From contig UYFQ01000774.1 in assembly GCA_900617105.1 (NCBI GenBank), forward strand, positions 1-35,956: a stretch of DNA of 35,956 nt, in the 5' to 3' direction. The notes below the pieces were generated by a model, which saw only the letters and a list, made by a program, of their open reading frames with translations, was not told where the DNA came from and searched no databases. Source of the DNA: Hydrurus foetidus. Taxonomy: Eukaryota. The translations under genes and the position numbers were made by a program. Of this stretch, positions 10,385-20,620 are shown piece after piece; the stretch's first letter is position 1; each line of letters opens with the position of its first letter.

Positions 10385-12233
10385 TGCCGAGGTAACTGGC
10401 GAGAGTACGAACGTTACTTTCCATGCCGATTACCTTTGTTGCACAACGAAATTCGTCGAAGCATTATTTGTTCAGGCAGTTTTCTCTACTCGCACCATGA
10501 TATCGAGGACATTTTTTTTGGCGTTGCCGAAGTTTTGGTGCTGCTTCGAAGATAAACGGTTGATGGCGTAAAAATCTCTTCTTAATACATTACGCAAATA
10601 GTGAACAAATTAGCTGCACGGATTAGGAAGTACTAGTTACTATCAACCGCCGACGGTGGCAGCTCGATAAGATCGATTTCAGTTTTTAGCTATGTAGTCG
10701 ATTGACGTGAGCTACGATGTAAGTAAGCAAAAAAGCATGTTCAACAAAGTAATCATCGCAAACTGTTCCGGCCATCGCCGGTTTCAGATCGTCACGGTCC
10801 TGTCAAAGGGTAGCCCCAAATCGGAGATCCCCGACGGCACGGCGCGTCCAGGATTTCAGGGGAGATCTACGGTTGCAGATCGCGAAATCCACCGGTCATC
10901 CAATTTACAAAATCGAGCCACGCCGCCAAAAATCTGTCGATCCCCTGCTTCCCAGCCGTGTCAGATGAGAGCTTCTTGCTGTCCTCATGCCGCCTAGTTC
11001 CCTAGCATTTCGCCTCATATATCGTTTAATATTATGGACCGCATGTGGCGTAGCGTATAGCGTATGCGTGTATATAAAGGGTTGGAGCCGCAGTTTCTGT
11101 AGCCTGTTCCTCACAGCGGTACGAAAAGGAGCTTTTTCGTACCCAGGTATGAAAAGGAAATCTTTTTCGTACCTGGAGGTGAGGTACGAAAAAATGAAAA
11201 TTTGAGTGGGGGTCCATACCCCATAAAGAGTCTTTATAGTACCGGAGGTATGGAATAGTAATTTCATACCGAGACCATAAAACCCCTCGTGCGTTTCATG
11301 GGTACGAAAAACGCTTCCTCGGTACGAAAAAATCTGCCGAGGTAACTGGCGAGAGTACGAACGTTACTTTCCATGCCGATTACCTTTGTTGCACAACGAA
11401 ATTCGTCGAAGCATTATTTGTTCAGGCAGTTTTCTCTACTCGCACCATGATATCGAGGACATTTTTTTTGGCGTTGCCGAAGTTTTGGTGCTGCTTCGAA
11501 GATAAACGGTTGATGGCGTAAAAATCTCTTCTTAATACATTACGCAAATAGTGAACAAATTAGCTGCACGGATTAGGAAGTACTAGTTACTATCAACCGC
11601 CGACGGTGGCAGCTCGATAAGATCGATTTCAGTTTTTAGCTATGTAGTCGATTGACGTGAGCTACGATGTAAGTAAGAAAAAAGCATGTTCAACAAAGTA
11701 ATCATCGCAAACTGTTCCGGCCATCGCCGGTTTCAGATCGTCACGGTCCTGTCAAAGGGTAGCCCCAAATCGGAGATCCCCGACGGCACGGCGCGTCCAG
11801 GATTTCAGGGGAGATCTACGGTTGCAGATCGCGAAATCCACCGGTCATCCAATTTACAAAATCGAGCCACGCCGCCAAAAATCTGTCGATCCCCTGCTTC
11901 CCAGCCGTGTCAGATGAGAGCTTCTTGCTGTCCTCATGCCGCCTAGTTCCCTAGCATTTCGCCTCATATATCGTTTAATATTATGGACCGCATGTGGCGT
12001 AGCGTATAGCGTATGCGTGTATATAAAGGGTTGGAGCCGCAGTTTCTGTAGCCTGTTCCTCACAGCGGTACGAAAAGGAGCTTTTTCGTACCCAGGTATG
12101 AAAAGGAAATCTTTTTCGTACCTGGAGGTGAGGTACGAAAAAATGAAAATTTGAGTGGGGGTCCATACCCCATAAAGAGTCTTTATAGTACCGGAGGTAT
12201 GGAATAGTAATTTCATACCGAGACCATAAAACC
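10281..12233. repeat. Tandem direct repeat: two near-identical ~950-bp units plus a ~53-bp partial third
   Basis: TCTTTATAGTACCGGAGGTATGG recurs at 10281, 11231 and 12180; only a few differences seen between units. Confidence 0.93.
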
Positions 12234-12625
12234 GAATTGTTTCTCGCACCGAGGGCGCAGCCCGAGGTTCGAGATACTTCGAGGTTTATGGTCGAGTGTA
12301 CAAACGTTACTTTTTACTTTTTATTCCGATGGGTTCATAAGACCGTCCCTTACGGGCGGGCTTCTGAAAATGAAAACGTGGTATTTTTTCTTTTGAGATT
12401 TTCCAACCGACCCTTACGGGCATGAAACTGAGGGAAATCATTCCAAGTTCTCAGTTTATCGATTTTTGGTCTGGCCAAACTGAGAAATACGACCCTTTTT
12501 CTCAGTTTCCTCAGTCGCTCCATTTCTGAAAATGAGAACTTGGAATCTCATCTGGAGAGCTGTATGGGACAGACAACGATGTCGTAATGACTCTCTAATT
12601 CACATTTCGTGTCTCATACGTGACC

Positions 12626-14091
12626 ATGGAGCTTCCTCAAATGATCGACTACATCGACTACCCCAGCGGAAGCCTAGACATGTTCCGTTATTCGACTAGT
12701 TTACAACAGTATGACGACAAAAAAAGGAAATTGGAGAGTCTCGTCAGTTCTACGAGTGCTAAGAGGCCATTCGCGACAAGAAGATCATACAGAAGGAGGG
12801 ATCTGAAATCGTCAATTTGGTGGATTGATTATGTGGTTGATGAGTATCAGACATTCAGGGATCCTGCTCATCGCGACGGCAAGCTATTTCGATTTCGCTT
12901 CTCTCACTCGTTCGATTCAGTTCACGAGATAGTAGCCAAGATTCAGGAGAAAGAGCATTATTTCCGGCGGAATAAAAGTGATAGCAGGGGCAAGACATCT
13001 AGTCCCTTAGAACTTCTAGTGCTTGGATCTTTACGTGTTCTTACCAGAAATGTCACGTTGGATGATCTATTTGAACAAACATACATCAGCCCTGAAGTTC
13101 ACAGGTGTTTCTTCAATGAGTTTACAACATGGTACAGTGCTGTAGTTTTCCCTACAGCGGTGAAGATGCCTACTTTGGCAGAGGTTCTTGATAATGGCGC
13201 GGAGTATAGGGTCTCCGGTTTTCCTGGCTGTATTTGCTCTGTGGATTGTGTTCCATGTTCGTGTTTGGGGAGTCTCTACTAATCTCAAATAGGTTTCAAC
13301 TGGAAAAGAGAAATTTCCATCTCGTGTCTTCGAGGCTGCAGTAAATCATACAGGCATGATTGTTTCTGCGACTAAAGGCTTCTATGGAAGTGTTTCAGAC
13401 AAGTCCATAGTAAAATTTGATGGTGCTATGATGGCCATGAAAAATGGTATGTATGATGATAATTCTTACGATATATACAATGATGATGGAGTAATGATGA
13501 GCGTCAAAGGAGCTTACAACTTATGCGACAACGGATACCACAAGTGGTCCACCATGATGGAGCCTACTAAAAGACCTGTTGATCAAGACGATTACAACTG
13601 GACAGAGATGTTAGAAAGATTAAGGAAGGATGTTGAAAAGCTTTTCGGTGAGCTGAAGCAGAAGTTTGCAATCCTGAAGTACGGCAGCCGTTTCAACAAT
13701 ATGGCTCTCATGGATAATATATTTCTGACGTGCTGCGCGATTCATAACCAGCGGAAGGTATTAGCTGGTATGAACGAAATGTGGAACTTAGAAGAGATAT
13801 GCGATCGTGACTTTGATGGTGATTTATCTCAAGAAGAAGCTTCTGTATTTCGTAGATTGACAGAATACAAAACAAAACAAAACACCACTCGATGACAACA
13901 GTGGGATGGGTGGAGATGAGCATTTGATTCTGCCTTATGATGATAATGTAGTTGAAGAACATGATGTATCTCATGACATCGTTGAATGTCGACTTATAAC
14001 ACACTTCAAATGGGCTAACAAAAACAAAGAGGTTTTCTGGGCGACAAGGAATGGTTCAATATCTAGATACAATGTCGCAAGTGATAGGTGA
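12626..14091 (+). pseudogene. Harbinger-type DDE transposase, disrupted
   Basis: FRFRF, PLELLVLGSL, GFPGCICSVDCV, LCDNGY, RKDVEKLFGELK and tail LITHF...VFW. Frameshift ~13253, TAG at 13290-13292, second frameshift ~13880. Confidence 0.82.
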
Positions 14092-14105
14092 TAAGTCGCA
14101 TATTT

Positions 14106-14545
14106 CTAATCTAAATCATAATCTGTATCAAACAAGTTCTCTTCAGTACTAAGTGATGAGAACTCAGTGATGTGGTCTGGGTGACCTGTTAATTCAGAAT
14201 CAGGACTCTTGATGCTACTGCTGCTAGTACTACTACACGAGCTTTGACCAGAGCTTGAGATTTTTTTGGTTGATGTATCCAAGGTCGTCCCACCAAAAAC
14301 GCTCTTTTTTACGGCAGGGGTGCTGATTTTCGCTTTCTTTTGATTGTGTTCTGTCTTTATAATCTCTTGTTTTACGTGTGTTTTTTGCATATCAAAATCC
14401 TCATCAAGTCCTCTCTTGCAGGAATCCATTTTAGCCTTCCTTATTCCAAATTCGCTGCTCATCGATCTCATACGCTGATAAAGTTCTCGCATGTCTCGTT
14501 GAAACTCGTCCTTATCCATTATACTCTCCATGCTTTTTAACATAC
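14106..14545 (-). pseudogene. Last exon of the putative second gene of Harbinger-like element 2
   Basis: 145-codon Ser/Lys-rich ORF convergent with the transposase, preceded on the minus strand by a possible acceptor (...TTACAG). Confidence 0.4.
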
Positions 14546-14548
14546 TGT

Positions 14549-14736
14549 AATGTGCAGTGCAGTGCAGTGAAGCGCAGTACAGTGAGTGAAGCGCAGTAAT
14601 GTGCAGTGCAGTGCAGTGCAGTAAAGTGCAGAGAAGTGAAGGGGAGTGAGTGAAGTGTACAGTACAGTGAGTGAAGTACAGTACAGTGCAGTGAAGCGCA
14701 GTACAGTGCAGTGAAGCGCAGTAATGTGCAGTGCAG
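14549..14736. repeat. Degenerate (GTGCA/GTGAA/GTACA)n pentamer repeat
   Basis: Seen directly; probably intronic in the minus-strand gene. Confidence 0.9.
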
Positions 14737-14903
14737 TAGGCTTGAGCGAACCTGGCCTTCGACTTTTAGAAAGCTGGCCTCAAATTCGTCTCAATAGGTA
14801 GGTGGGGAGGAAACAACGGAAAGCGATGAAAAACCATTTTTTAGTATTAGAACCGTATATGGTTGCATGAAAAACAAAGAAGACATGAAAAACAACAGAA
14901 GAC

Positions 14904-15685
14904 TTATTCTACAACCAATGTTTCCTCAATTTTATAATGCTGTAACATTACAGAACACTCAGTGTAGTCTTCTAATGACCGTCTCATCTGACTAACAGAA
15001 AAAGAATTTTTTAGGATGGAGAACACTCGCTCAGCAGCAGCAGATGATGGAGCAAGGGTAAAGCAATAACGAGCAAATGTTGCCAAATTAGGTAATCTAG
15101 CAAAGCGGTCCATCCAAAATATTGCACAACGATCCAACTGAACATTGTAGACCCCTTCATCGTCGGTTCTACGAAAATCCGAAACTTCACGTTTGTAATT
15201 GATGAGCTCATGTACCATACTTTCAATATGAGGGTTGTGAAATCTGTTAAGCTTAGTCACTGCAACCCTAAAAATATCCGCAAAATTAGGAACTTGAAAG
15301 TTGTCTCTCATCCATACTGGATTCGCGTATCTGCAAGTTTTGTAAATCTCCAAATCGTCACGGAGCTTTCCCATTATAGTGTCATTGAAGTACTTCACGC
15401 CTCCGTGCACACTCAGTTTTGCTTCTCTCTAATGTGCTCGGTTAGAGCATCTTTTCCCATGCCCTCGTATAGGACATTATCGCCGAGCAGAGTCGTTACG
15501 CAGTCATCGACAACATTCGACATACCAGGAAAAGTGAGATTGTCATAGTTCTCATTGAGCCAGTCACTGCATTCGATTATCGTGTTATAGGCCAACAGAG
15601 AACAGCACCTACGTGCTTTGGGCTGTCTATCAGCCGAGTAGTGTTGAAGTGATGTTGGAGATTGTAAAACTTCGATGGACGCCAA
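14904..15685 (-). pseudogene. hAT transposase C-terminal (dimerisation) fragment
   Basis: FW...LPNLATFARYCFTLAPSSAAAERVFSIL fits the hAT C-terminal motif. Stop just upstream of 15410; N-terminal region absent. Confidence 0.8.
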
Positions 15686-15789
15686 TGTTTTCGATTCGAA
15701 CGATCTGGAATCCTGAAAGTGGACATGAAGGCATCAACGTCACTTTCTGGGGACATGAAGAAAATCAGATGTTTTTTACAGGAATGCCT

Positions 15790-15837
15790 GGGGGGTCTAT
15801 ATATGAGGGGGTCTATATATGAAGGGGTCTATATGAA
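15790..15837. repeat. Three ~16-bp GGGGTCTATATATGA units
   Basis: Seen directly inside the hAT element. Confidence 0.75.
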
Positions 15838-16261
15838 GTGGGGGGTAAATAGAGGGTGAGTTGGGAGTGGGCCAGAATCCAGGGAACCATCACTCATTCA
15901 TTTCAACATTCTGTACATCGTATTTTATTGCATTTTTGAGTTCACCACTACCAAAGGTAACTTTCCCCAAAGTTTGGACCACTAAAACATTTGGGAACCC
16001 CAAAATTTAGGGGACGTTTCATTTTGCTGGCCTCAGCGATCGCCAGACCACCTAAAACTGGCCCGGGGCCAGTGAGGCCAGGTTCGCTCAAGCCTACACT
16101 GAACGCTACTTCATGTCGAGAGGGCACTTCCAGTTTCGTGAACTCTGCGACTGAGATGTCCATCTGTTTTTTTTCAGTCAATCAAGTACCACAGCGGTCG
16201 TAAAACTGCCGGATTCGCTGTAACACAATTAGTGACGAAGTATTTCTGTTGTTGGATAAGG

Positions 16262-17862
16262 ATGGAACAAAGTCAGCAAACTTCAAGAAAATCACGGAAA
16301 CCTCCAGGTTACTCCAATGCCTTTAATATTTGGCGCACTCACAGCCTCAACAAAGTGACATATTTCACAGGCGATAAATTTCGGCAGCAAAGAATTCAAT
16401 CATGGCAGCCTGTTATGACTCCTGTCAAACTCGTCGTTGTACTCGTAACGATCGGAGTATTATTCATTATCTTGGGAGCTTCGCTGTACAAGATGTCGGA
16501 GGACGTAAGCTCTATTTCGCTGTCTGGATGAGAAAACTACGAAACTCTTTGAAGTAATCATGTGCCACCAACACTCAGAATTCCTTATCTCTTGAATACT
16601 GTAGAAGCTAGATCTTCGAGTTGTCTATGATGGAAGTAGCAAAAACGACGTCCAGTGTCAGATTGGATATGCGAATGAGGGGAGGCAGTGCACGGTCAGT
16701 AATTGCAACTGTGCTGATAATAACTCACACGTTAAATCAGAGCTTCTCTAATCTTCCAGCGGTTCCTATGATGTCAGGTCTCTTTTGTCTTCGACCGTGA
16801 TGTTACAGGTCCCTTATTGGTATACTACGAGCTTGACAGGTTCTACCAAAATCATCGAATATACGTCAACAGCTACAGCTCAGCGCAGCTATTAGGGGCG
16901 GTGAGACACGTCATTCACTACTGTTCTTTAATGTTTATTCTTTCATAGTTGAACGTCTAAGAATTTATATCAAGCATTAATGATACATTCTGATCTCTAT
17001 TATGTTTGTTCGCTAAACTTCACTCACTTGCAGAACATAGGATCAAGCGACAAAGCACTATCCCTCGCATGCAACCCCTCCTCAATGAACGAAATGATGA
17101 ACCTAAACCCTTGCGGACTTATAGCGAAATCCTTTTTCACAGGTAGGATGCAAACACTGCTGATGAATACCGCAGTTGAAAGCCTTGAGCTGATCTAACA
17201 ACGTTTCGTGACTTTCCTAAAATTGGTCGACATTATCATTTCAATAATTAAATCCAGATATAATTACGTTAACTGGGAGTTCCAAAAGTGGTGTTGAAAT
17301 GAAAGAAAAAAATATCGCTGCTCCTGCCGATATACTAAAATTTAATCAAGTGAATGGATTTCGAAGTGAAATCGTGGCCAATGAAGGCGTCTCGTGCTCT
17401 GATGTCGGTCTACCTAGTAACTGCAAATACTACCGTGACAGGGACACTAATGCCTCGTATCTCTTCCACTATCCAAGTGATGAAACAGTACAGTACTTGT
17501 ATGAGCAGTATCCTAGGCAAATATCCCCCATACTTGGCGTCACCGACGAGCACTTTATAGTTTGGATGAGAACCGCTGCACTTCCTAAGTTCAGGAAATT
17601 ATACGGAAGAATTCATCAAAATTTCGTCAAAGGCGATTTTATTAAATTCAATGTTGAGGCCAACTTTGAAGTGCGTAGTTTTAATGGAGACAAAGCCATC
17701 ATTATCGGAACAGCAGGGGCGTCAGGTGGTAAGAATTCTTCTTTAGGAATTGCTTTTCTCGTGTGCGGGTGTTTGGGTATTTTTTTCGCTGGAGGTTTTT
17801 GGGTGCAGTTTAAATTGAATCCGAGATTTTTAGGAGATCAACGTTTGTTGAGATGGGATTAA
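16262..17862 (+). CDS. CDC50: CDC50/LEM3-family P4-ATPase flippase beta subunit, 6 exons
   Basis: Exons 16262-16307, 16371-16504, 16605-16694, 16778-16900, 17034-17142, 17259-17862 joined by GT-AG introns stay in frame. Motifs FRQQRIQSWQPVMTP, YYELDRFYQNHR, PCGLIA, EHFIVWMRTAALPKFRKLYG, GGKN; two TM segments. Confidence 0.92.
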
Positions 17863-18656
17863 GAGTTAAGAATAGTGCAGTATATTGTACAGCACTGCGC
17901 TGGACTGGACTGCATGATTCAGGATACTGAGTTGCTCTCTAATCCCTTGGAGCGTGATGACCGGATGGCCCTCGAATCGTTCTTTTTTATTTGCTGCTTC
18001 ACCTCATTTAATATATTACATCTATCATGCTCAACTTCTTCTTGCAGCTTCAAGTACATCAATCCGCGTTACTTGTTCTATTTTTACTGTTAAATAATAT
18101 CAGCAATTCCAAAGTGTAGCGTTCGTAGTATTTCTTCTATCTTTAATATTTATCTTCGAGGATTGATGAGGATCATGCCAACAAGTTAGAATCATTTTTA
18201 AGCAAGTATCGCTCAACAGATGGATTCTGTGAATTATTTTGTTGATGTAAAGTGTTCTGTACACAACAATGTGTCCATCGACTCCCTTCTGATCCGATTA
18301 TACACAGAAGAAAGCTGCGGCCAGATTTCCTACATAATATACCGTGAAAATAATTTTAGCGGCTCCCGGCTACTGCCAATATTTGCAGTCAGTCATTGTA
18401 GAGGAGTTTGAAGGGAAGTACGCGATATGATATGGTATAGCAGTTTAAAAGCATGTAATGAAGTCATGTTGAAAGAGTATGTGTCGACAAACATAAGTCG
18501 TAACACCACTATCACTGCGATCTGCTTCATGAAATGGACAAACTAAGAAAAAATCTAGCTTTTCCTTTCGATGACTCCGAGTTGAAGAGATCTTGTGAAA
18601 TTGATGTCCAACTCTTCTCGATACAGAAGTGTAGCCTCTCAACAATGATCGCAGAT

Positions 18657-19730
18657 TCATTGTAGAAGCATATCATTTAATCTTTCGCATATTTCAATCG
18701 TTTGAGTTTCATTAGCACCCTTGGCGAAAAATCCATGGTGCATGTTATTATACACTACAGTTTCCACAGGAACTTTGGAGTCTTCTAATCGTCTCCCGAA
18801 TTTCAAACCTTCGTCAAGAAGTATGTCATGTTTTGCCAGAACAATAAGAGTCCTAGGAAAGTTCTGTAGAATATCATCTGGTGTGCGCATGGGACACGCC
18901 CTATAGTCGGCAGCATCTACTGCTTGATCCGATAAATACATTGACCAAAAATATTGCATCTGCCTCAAAGTTAGCAGAGCGAATGAGGTGCTGTATCGAA
19001 AGTGGCTGTCGAGATATACGCCATGATCGAGGCAAGGGTATAGAATAAATAAGCCTTTAACTTCCGCTTTGTCGGCAGGATTTGTGAATGCTGGATCCTG
19101 ATTTAGTGCGGTGACAGAAGCTGCAATCGTCCCCCCAGCACTCTCACCGGAGATATATATCCTCATAGGATCCCCGCCGTACTCCCTTATCGAGAGTCTT
19201 GTCCACTGCAATACGTCAGCAGCATCATTTACTGCAGCAGGAAAAGGATTCTCAGGTGCTAGTCTGTAATCAACATTTAAAACTATGAAATCCGTGTACT
19301 GAACAATCTTGCTGCACAATGTGTCCTCGTTCGTGAAATTTCCTATAACGAAGCCGCCTCCATGATACCATATTAGAACAGGCCGCAAAGTTAAGGTGTC
19401 AGATTCAATTCTTCCTCCGATGGTGGATTCGTTGGTTACTCGACGGTACAGTCTCAGCGAAATAGCCATGTTTGCACTGCTGTTCATAGATATACTGAAG
19501 AGAGATACATCCTTCGACAGAGTAGAAGGAATACTGTTGATCATTTTGCGAACTTTTGCTAGACCAGCAACTCTATTGTTGAGAGCTGGATAAATGTCTC
19601 TTACGAATAAACCCATAATCGTCGAGATTACCAGTGAAGTCGTATCCACCTCACTTCTATAACATGCGAGTAGAAGGCTCGCGATGCCGACAGCACCGGA
19701 GAGCAGTAGAATACTGGATGTCAAATACAT
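18657..19730 (-). CDS. Alpha/beta-hydrolase, hormone-sensitive-lipase-like esterase with hydrophobic N-terminus
   Basis: HGGGF oxyanion motif, DYRLAPE, GESAG nucleophile, catalytic D (HDIL) and H (HGFF); 357-aa single ORF. Confidence 0.9.
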   Translation of the reverse strand: MYLTSSILLLSGAVGIASLLLACYRSEVDTTSLVISTIMGLFVRDIYPALNNRVAGLAKVRKMINSIPSTLSKDVSLFSISMNSSANMAISLRLYRRVTNESTIGGRIESDTLTLRPVLIWYHGGGFVIGNFTNEDTLCSKIVQYTDFIVLNVDYRLAPENPFPAAVNDAADVLQWTRLSIREYGGDPMRIYISGESAGGTIAASVTALNQDPAFTNPADKAEVKGLFILYPCLDHGVYLDSHFRYSTSFALLTLRQMQYFWSMYLSDQAVDAADYRACPMRTPDDILQNFPRTLIVLAKHDILLDEGLKFGRRLEDSKVPVETVVYNNMHHGFFAKGANETQTIEICERLNDMLLQ

Positions 19731-19920
19731 TGCTCCAGCCGTTCAAGAATGGAGTAGCTTCGGGCAGCTGACTGATCGAGCTTTACCCCGGCAGCGAAGT
19801 TGACACTTATGGTAGAAGTGAAGGCATTATTGCATGATCTGCCACAGTACACTCATCGCTCGCACAAGCTCCGAGCTCGAGCTCACAGCTGTTGGAGTAT
19901 CTGGGAAAAAGACACTGCTG

Positions 19921-20378
19921 TGGTCGGCTAAAACCGTGAAAGCGATCTCCGGTTCCCCTAAGTGACTGTTGCAGTCAACTTTGCGTAGGAGAATAGAGAC
20001 TTGTATTATTCTCTTTGTTCTTGTAAAATAACTTCTTCTTCTCTCAATGGAACGTCTTGAAGCGTATAGGCGCGCTTTCCTATACTCTCTAGACTTCCCG
20101 AAGAGGAGTTTGGATTCTGGAGCTAAATTATTTACGTGGCAAAGAAAGATGCGAGGCTACCAATATTACTCGAGCTATTTCTCATCGGCATTCATCGATA
20201 TATGTCAGCTAAACTACAAAACGTACGTAATTGATTGAAGCAGTTGAAGATCTTTCTACGAATCTAAAAGGTTCAATCAAAATATCTGAGGCTACGGGCT
20301 GCTGAAGTCATCACCCTAGAAGGGCCTAGGATCAGGTATCCAGTACATCTGTACGTGCGATACTGAGAGCCTCGAACA
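19921..20378 (-). repeat. 3' LTR of element B
   Basis: Direct repeat of 25366-25823; preceded on the minus strand by AAGGGGTA. Confidence 0.95.
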
Positions 20379-20620
20379 TACCCCTTGATGAGTTCTGTCA
20401 GTTGCGTTGAAGGCATGATGATATTTACAGAATTCGGGTACCGCGCGGCTGTTTTTCTTCATACGCCTGAAACTTGAAAAATGAAAAATGAAAAACCTGA
20501 AAGCCAGGAAACGGAATGTTTTTGACCCGAACTTTCTCCTGTGAACTTTCTTCTCGTGAGTTCTTCTCGTGGCTCCGACATGCCTGATTCTCCGTCGAGT
20601 CATAAAATAAAATCAGAACA

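Larger units (their letters stand above)
12341..14736 (+). mobile_element. PIF/Harbinger-like DNA transposon 2, right end missing
   Basis: Putative left end TAA|GACCGTCCCTTACGGG resembles the element 1 terminus GGTCAATCCTTACGC. Transposase pseudogene on +, remnant convergent ORF on -. No matching right TIR seen. Confidence 0.6.
14737..16096 (-). mobile_element. Internally deleted hAT-like DNA transposon (1360 bp)
   Basis: Perfect 22-bp TIRs TAGGCTTGAGCGAACCTGGCCT (14737-14758) and AGGCCAGGTTCGCTCAAGCCTA (16075-16096). Contains a hAT C-terminal fragment. No 8-bp TSD. Confidence 0.85.

Noticed and set aside
10707..12249. Duplicated small ORFs in the 950-bp repeat
   Set aside because: No motifs; they overlap on both strands and are identical only because the DNA is duplicated.
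14549..14736. Possible CRISPR-like array
   Set aside because: Degenerate pentamer repeat with no unique spacers and no cas genes; eukaryotic context.
19919..19920. Extending the element B LTR by the shared TG dinucleotide
   Set aside because: It would cut the TSD to 3 bp; the 5-bp TGCTG TSD and the PBS register both put the edge at 19921/25366.
20047..20238. 63-aa ORF present twice (also 25492-25683), and similar LTR ORFs at 427-630 and 25777-26043
   Set aside because: They lie inside LTRs, antisense to the element, with no coding evidence.
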